The notes below the pieces were generated by a model. That model was not told where the DNA came from and searched no databases. It saw only the letters and a program-made list of their open reading frames with translations. This document shows, in pieces, positions 13,345 through 28,034 of a stretch of 64,000 nucleotides of DNA. The stretch is from Trichoplax sp. H2 (Eukaryota). Made by a program: the position numbers and the translations under genes. Numbering within the stretch: position 1 is the first letter of the stretch; each line of letters begins with the position of its first letter. The stretch lies in assembly GCA_003344405.1 (NCBI GenBank), contig NOWV01000017.1:496001-560000 (forward strand). The letters run 5' to 3'.

Positions 13345-16300
13345 CATTTTGTTGCTGCAACTGCCTTATTATTATTTTTTTAATGTTTCAACTATGAATT
13401 AAGTCTTGAATATTTTCCCAACAATTATGGGAAGCCATGACCATCAAAAATTTTGTCTTATCAATTGACGTTACTATCAGTTTAATTGTATAGAATGTGA
13501 TTGATCTTTTCGGTACCTGGTTGCGTAAGTGATAGTGCCTACGAAATTCATAAAAGGACGCTGTATGTTGCAATTAGTTGTATCGTACTCTTTTAAGACT
13601 ACTTATACCGTATTGTAATGCGATTAATACTCGTATACCAAAAAATTTGTACTATGACTGTTTCTATCACCGAATTGTATATTTTTCAGCTCTATGTATA
13701 ACACTTATAATTAATGTTTTTGTATTTGTTTATTAGCTGCCGCATTTAGAGAACTTGAACGAAATTTTAATTTTGACGTTATCAACTACCATCAAGTAAA
13801 CTAAGATGTTATTCTACAATAATACATGAAAAGTCTTGTTATTGCTGATGCTACTTGTTCAAAAAATCTACATTATGTAATACACAAAATCATTCACAAA
13901 TTTGATTTTATAAAATAAAGGCACTTAACCGCATGAACTTGAATAAGCTAACGATTCCTAAGTGCAACATACTACACTAAGATACGACAATGCGTTTACT
14001 TTACCTTAGTTATAATCCATGGTTGCTATACTTATTTATGTAGCCACATACGCGTACTGTATATCAAGTTCTGTTTTATTGTTCTATCTATCAGAAATAT
14101 TTTAACGATTAGATAATACTGCCGATGAGTAAATATACAATATAGCGCTATACGGTACACGGTATAATAATACAAATGAATTTTTAATCTACTAAGTCGG
14201 TTTGATTATTACATGAATGATTGATTAACAAACGGCTCAATATCCGATCTTATATTATCAGATTATATTCTACTTTATTATTTTGCAACAGAACCACTAA
14301 AGTGTATTTAGTAATTTTAATTTCGATAGCAGTATCCTATAGAATATTATTTTTTATGAAATGCCAGTGGATAGTACCATTATGCGAATGTGATCAATTA
14401 CGTAAATATAGTGTACTCTAGCACATCTTACTAAATGAAAATCATTGATCCTAAAGGAAATGTCCTAGCAAATGCCTGTATATCTCACGTTTGTATGTAA
14501 AATACATGTTATCTTACTGTCTTACTGCGTTAGGCATACGTAAATGAAAGAGTAATCATATAGTAGCTTAAGTATAGATCCCGTACAGTAGGTTATATTG
14601 ATTATTTGAGAAAAATGCCTTTAATAATGATCCAAGTGTAATTGTAGGAGATTTTGTGGTTGAGAATAGATTGAGCTCAATATACGTATTTAAGATCAGC
14701 AATATAAGCTCATGATTCATTCTAACTCAGGATACTTTATAGCAGATTCTTGTTTATTAGTGAATTATAGCTCTCGTATTCTAAAACATTGCAATAGCAG
14801 GCTTTATTATATTCTATCGAGACTTAGACTATTGTTTTGTAAGAATTTAATTACTGTACATTTAATTTAGATAGAACAGCTGGCTAATTTTGTTACGAAC
14901 TCCTACGAGCAATGTTAATTGCCATCATCGCTACATAGTCAAGCTTTATATTAAAATTTGTGAATTAACGGTCCGAATCGTTATGAAATACGTAAGTAGT
15001 AATCTAGGACTGCTTGTATACGTATGACGTTTTACGTGTAAATGGGTTAAAGTAATAAAATAAAATAATTGGGTATAATTCACGTAATCACTACCTTATT
15101 TGGACATAATGTATATCGTATATAGCATTTATGTGCTTGCTTATTACTGGGGTATCACTTTGTTCGCTATTATTAGATGGAAATGTAATACAGGAATGAT
15201 TAAATTCAGTTGTTCTATAATAGTATTTCTCACAATGCAGAATTACGGTCACTAGTCCACATAATTTACATACTTCCTGGCATCAATTGTAATCATAGTA
15301 CCTCATGCAGCAATGGAGTCTAATAGCCGTCAAATTAGCAAAATTTATTCTTTTTTAAACATCAATCAATAAACATTAGTAGGAACTAACACCGATAAAT
15401 GCATTGCTCTTGTAAAATATTATAAACTTGGCATGTTATCGCTTGCTATTAAGACACTTTTACATTAAGCATTGACAGCTATTGCTATAGTATCTTATCT
15501 TGACCTTAATTCATTTAGCTTACTTTATTCGTTGCTGTCAATCTTTTTAAAAAAAGGAATTGAAATAATGTCTATTTTCAGTAAGTGCTCATCTACCTAT
15601 AATATAATATGTGAGACGTTAATATTTGATATCTATTGTCAAGCTACTGTATCAAATCTAATACTCTACTATTTAGCGATAATTATAATAACCTAATATG
15701 AAATTTGCAGTATGGCCTATTTTCAGCAATTAGTAAGCTTAAATTTAGCTTGCAACATGCAAGACGATAAAATGTTTATATCTACGTATTACCTAGATAC
15801 TTTTTAAAATATGATTCTTTGCGATTTTACGATAATTAAATATTCATTCTCATTTAAGCAATATACGATTAGTAATTATGAAATGACGATACACTATATC
15901 TACTCTCTAAATATATTCGTATTCAATCTTACCAGCTAAATCATGCTAAAGTGCTTCATAAAATCAAAAATATTCAAGACTTTATAAATAATTATTAAAA
16001 ATTAATAGGAATATTTCTCTATTATGACATACTGCAAGCAGATACATCAAATTCTATAATGTAGAAGCCTTCTTGTGGTTGAAATTCTAGCTTTTAATTA
16101 CATTCCAAACAATATACGGCAACAACATATTAACATTTTAAATTTTCAAAAAATTCTACAATAACAGAGGATTGAATACCTTGAATTACTTTAATGTTTA
16201 TACCAAAATATAACTATTATTATTATTGGATAAGCGCCAATTTCAAATTCATGGACCATGACTTACGACTTATCATAATTTTAAGAAACTATGTTAAATT

Positions 16301-17029
16301 ATTATTTCTCAGAAATTTTATCATTTTAATGGCCGATGGCAGACCGGGTGTTTATTGCTGTCCTTTATTTCCGAATAAATTAATTCCAAATTCAGGTACA
16401 CTTCTATTATTCACAGTTGGTAGCAGGATAAGGATCTGATTTTTAAGAGTTAGTATAGTTAATATCGCCATTAAAAGAACCTCCTTCTATCCTGATATTT
16501 GTTATTTTTTTAATGATAACTGCATTGACCTAAATAGGGAATAGACAATGATATCTTATTATCTTAAAATTATACCATTCTACAGAGTAACTTTAAATAT
16601 TACATAAAGTCTTTCCTTTATTATCATATTACAAACGCTCACTTTATTAATTAGACACGAATCAATGACTACAATGAAGTAAACACCTGCCCCACCATCT
16701 TCATGTTCGTGATATCTGGCAATTCTCGCCCTTATTACTGTACAATTTTTCATTTAGGTTGATATTCGGAGAATTGATGATAGCTACAGTATAACTAGCA
16801 GGATAAATGTTTAACCAGCTATGAAATAAACAATAACCACCACTAGCTATTGAGCAGTTAAATTTTGAAACATTTCATTTTCATCATTGTTTTAGTAATA
16901 GTCGATTTTTTTCTGGATGTACATTTATAAATAATAATAAAATTTATATTCTGGTTTATTATTACTTATGATATTACAGTAAAAGTAACTTGATGATTAA
17001 ATTTACACTATTTTCTGTCAAATGACTCT

Positions 17030-17520
17030 TAAGAGGTCGTTTAGCTACTTAAATTTATCAAACACTGATATAGACTAAAGAAGTATGATATTTAATAACC
17101 TAACATGAAATCATTAAATTTGTTAGAAGAACACTGTGGTGATTTCTATGTCAAATGATGTATCAAAACCCATTTAGCTACTTCAATTTATACAATATTA
17201 ATAGAGATTAAAAGAACTATTAAACAGTATAATATAAATCAATAAATTTTACGACATGAATAATTATAGTGATTTTATGTTAAATGACGCATGAAAGATC
17301 ATTTATTGACTTAAACTTATTAAATGCTAACAAAGATTAAAGAGCTATTAAAAAGTATAGCAATATCATTTCTATAAATCTGCGGCAAGAGTATTATTGC
17401 GATTCCTATGTCGAATGATGTACAGAAGGCTTCCTGACTACTTAAACATATTAAAAATCAATATGGACTAAAGATACCAATTATAGTATTATAGTGAAAT
17501 TGGTAAATTTATAACAGGAA
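17030..17520. repeat. Degenerate tandem repeat, ~131-bp unit, ~4 copies
   Basis: tttagctactt-like anchors at ~17040, 17172, 17302 and 17435; gattt(c)tatgt(c)aaatga also recurs. Confidence 0.7.
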
Positions 17521-20500
17521 CACTATAGCAGTTTCTGCTATCTCGACGTTAATGAAAAAATTTGTTTCGTAACATGCTAGTAGAATAGCAATTATATTAC
17601 TTCATTGTTATCGTACATTCAATTAGACATTTATGTGTAGGTATACTTTACGTTTTGACATCAGTCTGAAAAGTGTCTTAAAGACTTACTTACTTAACAA
17701 AATAGATGAACTTGTACATTAAATATAATTAAAGAAATTACTCTTATACAGCATATTTTATTACGCTATTGATAGGTTATCAATCTTTTCTCCTCAGCTT
17801 TAAGTAATATTATTCTATTTGTTTATATCATTGCTAATTCAAATGCCCCTACAATCTTCACAAGTGATAATGAGAAATAATTTTTTGTGGCCTTCAGTTC
17901 GGTAAAATAGACTATATCTATAATACTACACATATCCATATCACGATTAGTCTAGTGCAAGTTTTCAAGGATATAATTCAGATTCATTAACCTAAACCTT
18001 TAACCCTTGATTTTAGTTCTAAGACTTGAGACGATGCCTGCTAACTTCTCTTTTCAACAGTTAATACTTCATTTTTTAACATTAAGCTAATAATAAAGAA
18101 ATATAGGAATGTGTCTACCTTAGACATTCAGAGATATATCCAATTTTGATTTACTTATTTTTAAAGCATTACGCATGTTAAGAAAACTATTTGTCATCGC
18201 TGTGAATAAATGATACTACAGAATTTTAATAAATTTAAAACCATATCCTTACACTACAAAATTAATACAATTGTAAGAACACATAAGGATAGCCGATTGA
18301 GTAAATGTTATATCTCTAAGGTAAATTTAAAATTAAGTTCTTACGATTAGTATTAGTTTATTGGCATTTCAGATTTATAATTTTATTAATTAACGAATAT
18401 ATTATTGTAATTCAGTTCTTAGTTATCTTATAGTTAGGCCTTGTTAAATTATTGAATTGTTTGTGCTCTATCGAACTTTTAAACTAAGATCCCAAATTGA
18501 TGTGCTTGCTGATTTTATAATGACATTAAACACGAACAATCTTTATTACTGCAATATTTAATATATCTATCAGAAATGAGTTACTATTTAATTACGTCGC
18601 TTATCAAGTTCAGAATGAATATTTTTATTAAAGTTCAATGTCCAATATTAAGAAAAAGAGAAATTGCCTTGCTAAAGGTAAAAACGGAATTGAAATACAT
18701 TTTAATCAATTTCAACAAGGAAGACGTACAATCATTAAATCTTCCATAAATTAATAATGATAGACTAATGCAATACTTAAAGATATGACGCAAGTAAAAA
18801 AATAATTTTCATCAGGAATGATTATTCCAGTTTGTAGTGAGAATAGTCGATATACATAGAATAATTATAATGAAATGATGAAAATGATACCATTAAGAGT
18901 CTAAAGAAAATCTATCTAGATAGATAACGTTAAAATGGAAAGGAAAAGAAGTGAGAAAATGATTTTAAATTACTTTGATCGTTGATGATGATTATTAATT
19001 AAAAGTGAAATAAGAACGATCAATTACCCATAAATAACAACGATACACCGATCATCATGCTTGATCTTCGTTGATATCTAGACAACTGTAATATAAATAG
19101 TTATGCAATAATAAATAGGCAAGGCTTTCATTACTTTCTACATTCACCACAGATTAGCATAGTTGTAACCAATAGTAATAACAACATATGACAATGATTA
19201 AAACAACACATTGATTAGAGTGGCAAATAAAAACGAATCCATTCATCCCCTGTCAATTCTTGAAGCAGCTATGACAGAAATAGAAAAAATAGAAAATTTC
19301 TAGGTATAATGAAAGTAAAATAATCACTTGCAGTAAAACTTGATCATTTTTAAAAGTCAAAGGCGATATTTCATTATCGTGAGTTATGTATTAGTTGATC
19401 AGATTGTCAAATCTAGCTTTGAATGAAGAGTTGAAATTAATAAGAATATATACCATTACTATAACAATTACTTAAAAGTAATCTATTCCTAAATCAGGCT
19501 ATAACCTTTTAATGTAGGTATACAGGTTGAATAGATGTTGACAGATTAAATACAAAAATGAGTACTTAATCGAATGTATACTTTAATTATTAAAATAAGT
19601 TGTCAGATAATAAAGTTATTGCCGACTATTTTATCAATTAATTTAATTAATAATATATAATTCATCGTCATCATGGGTAATTGTATTAATCGTTACGTAT
19701 ATTTCGATGAAAATGGCATCTATTTAAGTGTAGTATTTAAAATGTTAATAAATTAAAAATTAAGTCCAAAACAATTCTGTACAAGCATGTTATGAATCAT
19801 ATCTAATGAAATGTAATAGAAATAATGTCTGATTAATATTGCGTTTATCTTCAAATAAAAACAACTTCTTACAAATCATTTTTAATACGATACTCCATCT
19901 TCTCTTTTATCACTTTTTATACGACATGAGTACTAACAATTTAATTATTACTCCTGTTTTCATGGCAATTTCTTATTGTAAAATTTACTATAGATGTTGG
20001 ACATGATCAATTACTATCTTAATCTATGGCTATTGATTTTTCCGATTCTTTCACATCAACAGTAAAATGATATCGATGCAAAACAGGCCGTCATTGAATA
20101 CTTCTTTTTCAATGAAGAGTTGTACAGAAATTTTAAGAGAAAAAATTTGGCCTGTTAATTAATTGATTAATGACTGACTTAATTAATTCACTCAATACCA
20201 TTAGTGATAAAAACTTATAGGAATGCTATTCTTTCTTGATTAGTGAGTCATATTTAAAAATTTCATAAATTAAGAATTAACTGACGTGATTGATTGATGG
20301 ACTGGCTAATTTATTGATGAATGGATAATAGCTATCTATCTATATATTTATGTATAGCAGAAAAGCAAGTTATTGGATTTATTATTAAATTTTTATTTCT
20401 TAGAGATAATACTTTTAATGACAGTTACTTATTGATGATAGACATGTAGAACCATATGAAAGAGAAGAAATGACGACTTACTGTCTTGCGATTGATTAAT

Positions 20501-21516
20501 GACTGCTTTGATTTTATTCATTACTGTCATATTGCATGATATTATTGATTTTGAGTTGGATTTTGTTACTTCTCGTGTGAATTATTAAATTCTATACTTT
20601 AAATCGAATTCGCTAGGAATATTGTAATTTAGTGATAGATGATTCCATTGAAAATGATCCTTCAGTTGTCAGGTAAAACATCTGCGTTACTTTTCAACAT
20701 AAGAGTAAATCAATCAAACTTGCACTTTTAAAATGAAGGAGTTGTTGTATTCAAAGTCAACGTATGAACGTTGTAGCCAACAACAATATCGATAAATTAT
20801 TATTTACCGATGTCGATCTTGTTATTAGTTATGGACCACGATAGATTGATGCTATAAAGAAGGAGCAACGAGAATTACCAATAGGACGATAATTTATCCT
20901 GATCGATTTGTTCCTCTTGGCTGCAGGTGATTAATTAGGCCAAGCATGATTTTCAATTCGTGTTTCACCATTCCTTCCATCTTATTATTAATAGCTAGAA
21001 GATTGTATTTTTATCTAGGGATAGGGATTTGCATAATTCCATGGACTAATTGAATCAATCGCTATGCTACTGCCAATTATAAACAACTCATCATCATTTT
21101 TTAATGACATTATTATTCTGATTGTTGTTGTTGTTTGCTGCTTAATGAAGTTTACGTGATGTTTTTTTAGCTCTCCATTGCACACCATCGTACACTAGTA
21201 CAGCACTGTGACTATGCTGAATATGGATGATACCCAGTGCTCGTCATGAAAGTTAGGCAGCAACTGGAAGGTCTTTTATTGATAGTATAACAACACTAAT
21301 ACTTAATTGGCGCTCATCGCCATGACTATTTCCTACAACAATTAAAAATAGAATATATAGGAGATGGGGAGGGGAAAATGAAGAAAAAAGGATATCAAGA
21401 TGTAAAATAGAGAATATCAACATGATGATAGCAGCTCCTTTCCAAATTGATAAAATAAGGACATTGAGGATTGAGTTGAAAGATGGAATAGTATAGAGAG
21501 CGAAATAAAGAATAAG

Positions 21517-22626
21517 TTAAACTGTTGTATGCTGATCATGGTAGACATGGGTGTGGAATTCAAACATAGGATTTAGAGTAATTGGGCTGATTAAGGATGA
21601 TGTCGGTGTTTTTGCTGAGCTCGATGTTGGTGTTATAATGCTGCTTAAATCTTTGGATGGTGATGATTGTAAACCAATTTTATTTAAAAATAAGTTATAA
21701 TTGGATACAGTAGTACGATTGATACGGGTATCATGGGAAAGTAATGATTGTTGTGTAGGTGATTTCGATCGATCATAAAGATATTTTAATAACTCTTTCC
21801 TAATGTTAGCAGTAAAGATAGCGAATAATACTGGATTAGCAGCTGGATAGATTAATAAAAAGCGTATACTAATAGTAATAAACTCTGTTAAGATAGGATT
21901 TTCGCGATCTTTTTCCGTTATATTAATCAAGACGATAAATGCCGCTGCACAGGGTACGCATAATAGTATGAAGACACCAATAAATGCAACGGCTTGAATA
22001 ATTGCTTTTTTCTTTTGCAATAATCGTTGAAGTATTTGATTGCGTTGCAAATGATCATGTTGGCTGGATAGGAGAATACATAAGATTCTCGAATAGCCAC
22101 AGAGTAAAGCTAGTAAAGGTAAGAAAAACAAGGCGATGATAACCACCGTTAAATAGATTTTATCTACGCTGCCAACGGTGTTGCGAAAGGTGCAATTGCT
22201 TGGATCGATCGATTTCAACGGGATCATTGGAATGACAATGGATAATGATATAATCCAAATGACTAAGATAGCAATTAAAATTTTAATTTTAATAACATGA
22301 TGTTGTTGATAGCTAAATGGGTGAGCAATAGCATAATAGCGCTCAATAATGATGATAAAAAAATGCAATGATGTATTACAAAATGCTGATTGTTGAAACA
22401 TGGGGATAATAGCACATATGATGGGAATGCGATAAATTTCTCGATAAACGGCTAATAAAATCCACACTGAACCTGTTAATATACCACAAATTAGCATACT
22501 ACCCAGCAAGATATTAGAGGTAATCCTTAATTGCCGCTTAGAAAGGATAAAAGCTAATAGTGCGGTATTGGTTAGAATTACGATAGAGCCAACAACGACA
22601 TTATAGACATCAATGTCGTCCTGCAT
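21517..22626 (-). CDS. Orphan rhodopsin-family (class A) GPCR, 7TM, CDS apparently in a single exon
   Basis: The 380-codon ORF has seven hydrophobic segments, ERY at the end of TM3, TM4 W..P, TM5 FLP..Y, TM6 FILLCVP, TM7 NPVLF and a Ser/Thr-rich C-tail. The ORF track starts at a TTG (22659); the first ATG is at 22626 (MQDD..., 369 aa). Confidence 0.92.
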   Translation of the reverse strand: MQDDIDVYNVVVGSIVILTNTALLAFILSKRQLRITSNILLGSMLICGILTGSVWILLAVYREIYRIPIICAIIPMFQQSAFCNTSLHFFIIIIERYYAIAHPFSYQQHHVIKIKILIAILVIWIISLSIVIPMIPLKSIDPSNCTFRNTVGSVDKIYLTVVIIALFFLPLLALLCGYSRILCILLSSQHDHLQRNQILQRLLQKKKAIIQAVAFIGVFILLCVPCAAAFIVLINITEKDRENPILTEFITISIRFLLIYPAANPVLFAIFTANIRKELLKYLYDRSKSPTQQSLLSHDTRINRTTVSNYNLFLNKIGLQSSPSKDLSSIITPTSSSAKTPTSSLISPITLNPMFEFHTHVYHDQHTTV

Positions 22627-25329
22627 GATCTTGATCGTAGAAAGATTTTGACCTATCAAAGAGGGTCACCAAAGTATTAATAGAGCAATAGAATTGAAAT
22701 AGATTCAAGAATATTTTGAGCAGATCAATGGGTGAAGAATTGACTCAATCAATGGAATCGAGTAGCGATGACACGATCAAAACAACAGATCGATTAGGTA
22801 GGGTAGAAGATGCGATTTAATGGCAACAGTAAGCAAAGCAAATAGCAAAGTTGCTCAATTTTCTTCAGTGATGACTGAATCTGCCTTGGCTGATATTGAA
22901 ATAAATGGGGAAAAAAGAACAAGATAGACCGCCAGCCGTAAGGTGAAAAATTTGCAAAGATCGATCCAAGAAAGAGAACTTGGAATGGTAGAAAATCGAT
23001 TTCTTCACTTTCCTGTACGGCTACTAAATGGGTAACTACCAACTGAAGAAGGTAGAGGGTATTCCAGTTTGGCTATCAAGTAGAATATCAGGAATGAAAG
23101 TAATTTCTTGTTATTGTTACGAATATTGCAACTAGGTCCAATTTTGCGAGTGCAGATTTTGGGAGATTTTCTTGAACGATTATTAGGTGTATTCAAATTT
23201 TTCAAATAACCCAGCAATGGAAGCGATATGCAATAGGTTGTCGTCGTCAGGGCTTGTACGATAGCTGTATAAATCGATCTAGGTGGACGATAATTCCAAC
23301 GAAGATTAATTTCTTCGATCAAGGATATGAATGTCGATGCCAATAGAGCACGGATTCACTGACGGTAATGATTTTATGCTTGCTTACGACAATGAGGCAG
23401 GCCTTTAAATAGAAAGTCCAAGAAAAATATTCAAGTTAGTTCAATTATAGGATAGAAAGTAGACAATGTAGAGTACAAGGGAATGGGGGAAAAATTAATT
23501 AATTATTAATCATGGCGAGTAGTCAGCATGCATAGCAAATCAAGAAGTGCATTAAAAGTTTTTCAACAAAAACGATTTTGTGAAAACAGAAGATAAATAA
23601 AACCTAAACTATCAGCACAACAATCAACGCTGTAACTTGAATGCGATGACGACACAAAAATAATTGCCTAGAATAAATGGAAATTGCTAATATTGTTTTG
23701 GAGGCGTAAAGAAATAATTCCTTAATGTAATGTTAAAATGATTATATTGCTAAATGAAATAAGAGAATAGAAAAGCTTGTAACATAATATGATGAACCTA
23801 GTATAGGTTAATACGTGTTGACTCAATAGCAAGGAATCAAATTGGTAGGGGAGATAGAGTTATGATGATCCTCCAACCTGGCGGCAAGGAAATTGAAAAA
23901 TTTTTTTTTGAGTTATGCCTTGTCAAATTCAGAAGATAAAACTACCTGAATGATTTGATATTCCCTTTATAAATAGCCAATATTTTAGAAGAATGACATT
24001 GGTCAACGTTCTATTTAAAAGCAAGTAATCAAACAGTTCCTGAAAATGGAATGTTCGAATTCATAGTAGATCCGTTTTGTTTTCATTTTATGAAACTAGT
24101 CAATGGGACTGATTGCTCAAATTTAAATAGATTTAGTTTACTTTTACAATTTATGGAACAAGTCGATACAACAGAGTTTGTACAAGGTTGGGTAGAAGGG
24201 AAAGGAGATTAGATCCTCCATTTCCAATAAGGAGAATAGCAATTCATCGAAGTAAAACTAAAAGTACGACATGATGTAACATCCAGATCACAATGTCCTC
24301 ATGTCCATAAATAAATTGTGAAGCAATTTTCTACAATATCAATAATTACTCATAGGGTAGAGAAGGAAAAGGACGATCAAGCTTTTGAAGTCAAGTAGGA
24401 ACTTCATTGAAGTAGAGAAAATAAAGAGAAAGCAGGTGGTAGTTCATCAAATATCACGCAGACAGTCAGTTTGGCGAAATGGAAATGGCAGAAATGCAAT
24501 TGTTGTTGATCTACTGTCATGGATAAATATAGATAATAGTCGGTTTCTGCTCTTAGAATAGATTGAATGGTGAGTTAATCAACTGTAGCTAAAATAGTTA
24601 ATTAAACAATCTTCATTCAGTAAGAATAAAATGGCAAAAAAGATCACTGAGTAGACAGTTATCAATAAACAGGCAAAGAATTGAAAAGGATTTTATTGAT
24701 TCAAGATTGCAAAAGTGAGAGTAGGTGTATGTCAGCAACCTGGAATCAAAACAAGTTGAGGCCGACTGGATGGTAAAAGGAAGAAAAAGTTCAAATTCGC
24801 CTTATTGGTTAGTCAAAGTGAATAGTCAATTAATGAATCAGTTAAGAAGTTCAAAGAAAACACAACTCTATCCATCAATCCATAGATGATGATGGATAAA
24901 AAAATTCTCTATTGAAGGATTAAATGGATCCAAGAAAGAAAGGATAAAGTAGTGAAATAAGAGTCGAATTAATACAAGAAAGTCAATAGAAGACAGTGTG
25001 AAAAGAGAAAATTTTCTTAGCGCTTTTTCTCTGTGTACCAAATCATTGATTTTGTTGATTCATTTTATATCGACCTAGCCTATCAAGTAGCAATTCTATC
25101 GAATGGCAAGACTATCATTCTGATAGTTAATTTTGATATTACTGTGTGCTGACTATTTCAATTGGATATTGTTTATTCAGATACATAAAGAAGAATAGAG
25201 TTGAACTTTTTAGAATATTTCTCCGCTAGTTACGAATTGAAAATGCAATGATAGAGTAGTATAACATAGCAAATAAACAAGGCAAGAAAGAGTTACTTTA
25301 AACTGATCATCTCCGTCTGCTGACCAATC

Positions 25330-25755
25330 TGAACATAAGGAACGTTAGCTTTTAGTCAAGATTTTTTCACTAGTATATAGCTGCTGGGAATTTTAGGATG
25401 TGAAGAGGCAATAAGGATAAAATTTGCCTCATTAAAGTCCTCGTCCTCTATCTGAAATTGGAACATGGAATTATCCTTCGAAAAGATTCGTTCTTAGTCT
25501 AGATTTTTTTCTTGAGTATACAGTCGTAAAGAATTTTAGGATACGAAGAATTATTCCGGCTAAAATTTGCCTTCAAGTCCACTTTATCCATCTTAAAATT
25601 GGAATATGAAATCTCCTTTAAGAAAGTTCATTCTTAGTCAAGATTTTTTTGGCTAGTATGCAATAGCAAAGAATTTTAGGATATGAACTAAGCTAAAACT
25701 CGGGTTAAAGTCCTCATCCTTTATCTAAAAATTAGAATTTGGAATTATCCTTCAA
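25330..25755. repeat. Degenerate tandem repeat, ~142-bp unit, 3 copies
   Basis: gaattttaggat at ~25388, 25531 and 25671; ttagtc(a/t)agatttttt and aaattggaa also recur. Confidence 0.85.
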
Positions 25756-25829
25756 ATGCTAAACCTGAAAAATATTTTTATTCTACTAGCGAGTGTTAAC
25801 AAGCTATAAAAAACGATAAATTCATTTTA

Positions 25830-26130
25830 GCGTGCTATTATTCATTAGCTAGCCTAGTTTGAATAATGATTAGCGCTGATAATTTAATTTAAAGTTCCAC
25901 TCATAAAACTTTGACTGTTAATGAATTGAAAAATGATGCAAAAATTAACTTGAATGCATGATTATTCATTAACTAGCCTAATTTAAATGATATTGAGCCA
26001 TGAGATTTTATGTTGCTGCATTTTCCTTAACATATATGCTATCTAAGGATTAAAGAAGTTATATTAATCAATAATTAGCTTTTATGTATTATTATACATT
26101 GACTAGCCTGGCTTGAAAGGTATTTAGCAT
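25830..26130. repeat. Degenerate tandem repeat, ~125-bp unit, ~3 copies
   Basis: catt(ag/aa/ga)ctagcct at ~25843, 25966 and 26097. Confidence 0.6.
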
Positions 26131-28034
26131 AGATGATTGTATTTATAGCCGTATCCTTATCGCTTTGATAACGAAAGGATTAAAAAATTCTATAATGTTA
26201 TCGAGAAAAAAATTCTAGCTCTTGTTTTATGCGACCAAGAACTAAAGAAAATTAGAAATTAGCTTTAATCTACGAAATGGTAATCTACTTACAAACTAGA
26301 TTAGAAATAGTAACTAATCGTAGTAAAAGTGGTTTCATTTTCTACCTACAATTCCAATTCATGAATAGTATGATGACATGAATTAGCTACAGTGATTTTT
26401 GTATTGGTTTCATGAACAGCTAAAAGCGACCGTGGCCTGCTTTTAAATTAGGTTACAAAAACTACAGGAATCAAGGTTTAATTTCCTAGAATTCTATAAA
26501 ATATAGCATGAATTAGATTAATTATTGCATAGGTGTCATAAACAGCTAGAAGCAATCATGATCTACTTTTAACCAGTTGCAAGCTAAAGAATAGGTTAAC
26601 ATAGAAGAAAGTAAACTAAATAAAAAACAACTGAGTAGATTGACTTGAAAAATAGAAAATAACAGTAATTCTGATTCAATGAAGACAATCTCGGACATTC
26701 TAGTACTAAAATGGGATTGATTCATCATTGAAATGGATCATAGCTTGCTATTAAAACGATAATATCCATTCATACGAATTGAAAATGGATGCTTTAAAAG
26801 GTAGAAAATGGAAGAGAAACCTAGACAAATAGGTGGATTGATAGGAAGAAGCAAAAGAAAAGGTAAATAATATTGATAAAACTAGGATATAATGAACTGA
26901 TGAGAAAAGGATGCCCGTCTCCAGAGCGAGAAACTGCCGTTGTAAACGTTTTAACCATACGATTTCGGTCTAGAAAAATAACTCATCCTCTAAAAATAAC
27001 AACAATTGTCCATGCTGATGGAAAAGAAAAAATTGGATCAAAACTATCGTTAGGCCTAATATGTCCTTGCTCGATATTCTCCTGTACAAAATAAACATCT
27101 TTTCATTCAATCCACCTTCCATCCATTATCATCATAGCCAAGCTATTGAGAAAATTGAATCAAGCCGTTGCTAATTTAAGCGAATCCATTATTATTTTCA
27201 ATTTTCAGCTGTAATACATCATTCTATTCAACTGGTTAATTCAACGTAATAACAAGCAATCAAATAAAAGGTAAATTAAAATTTAATCAACTAGCGTGAA
27301 TTAATGGTATTCAATAATGCTATCTTTAATTTATGCGTAGTCGAGCGCTTTAATTGCCGATATATTTTCTCACTTCATTCCTGATCTTGTTGATCACTAG
27401 AGTGGAAATTGGGATCAAATTGAAATGGTCAAAAATGAATTTTGCAAGTCATATCTCCTCCTATTCCATTTCTATCATGTATTGAAAATGGAATAATAAC
27501 ATCGCATTGAATTGCTGCAAGGCGATAGTGTTGATCTAATTGGAAAGAATGGATTCTGGGTAAGAAAGGATGAATGATTTTACTGATAGACTAGTCAAAA
27601 GATTTTCAAAACTGATACAAAATAAGCCAATAGCCTTATGTCGGCCATTGTAAAGCTCTTTTAATGCGTTTGCATAACGACAATAACGGCAAGAATTAAA
27701 CGAGATACCTTGTTCAAGTAAAAGAAAATCAATCAATTATATTTTCCAATAATTCTGTTTCATATTCTAATCTTGCAGGAATTAGGAGAAGAGCAGTTTG
27801 AATCGTTGTCGCTTCTTCTACTTAGCGTTACTACCTTAATGGATACTATAAAGGAATAACATGAAAAGTAGTGACAATTGGGTAGAGGAAAAAAAAATTA
27901 AAAAAATACTTTCTCGAATAATGAGTTATGCAGCAAGGATGCATTAAAGGCGATTATGAAAAACATAAAAACAGCTTGATGTTTTATTTATCGATACCCC
28001 TATCCAACCTTTAGCATTCTAAAGTAAAGTAGTT

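Noticed and set aside
22794-23343. 82- and 112-aa minus-strand ORFs as independent genes
   Set aside because: They have non-ATG starts and no recognisable domain; better explained as part of the GPCR leader.
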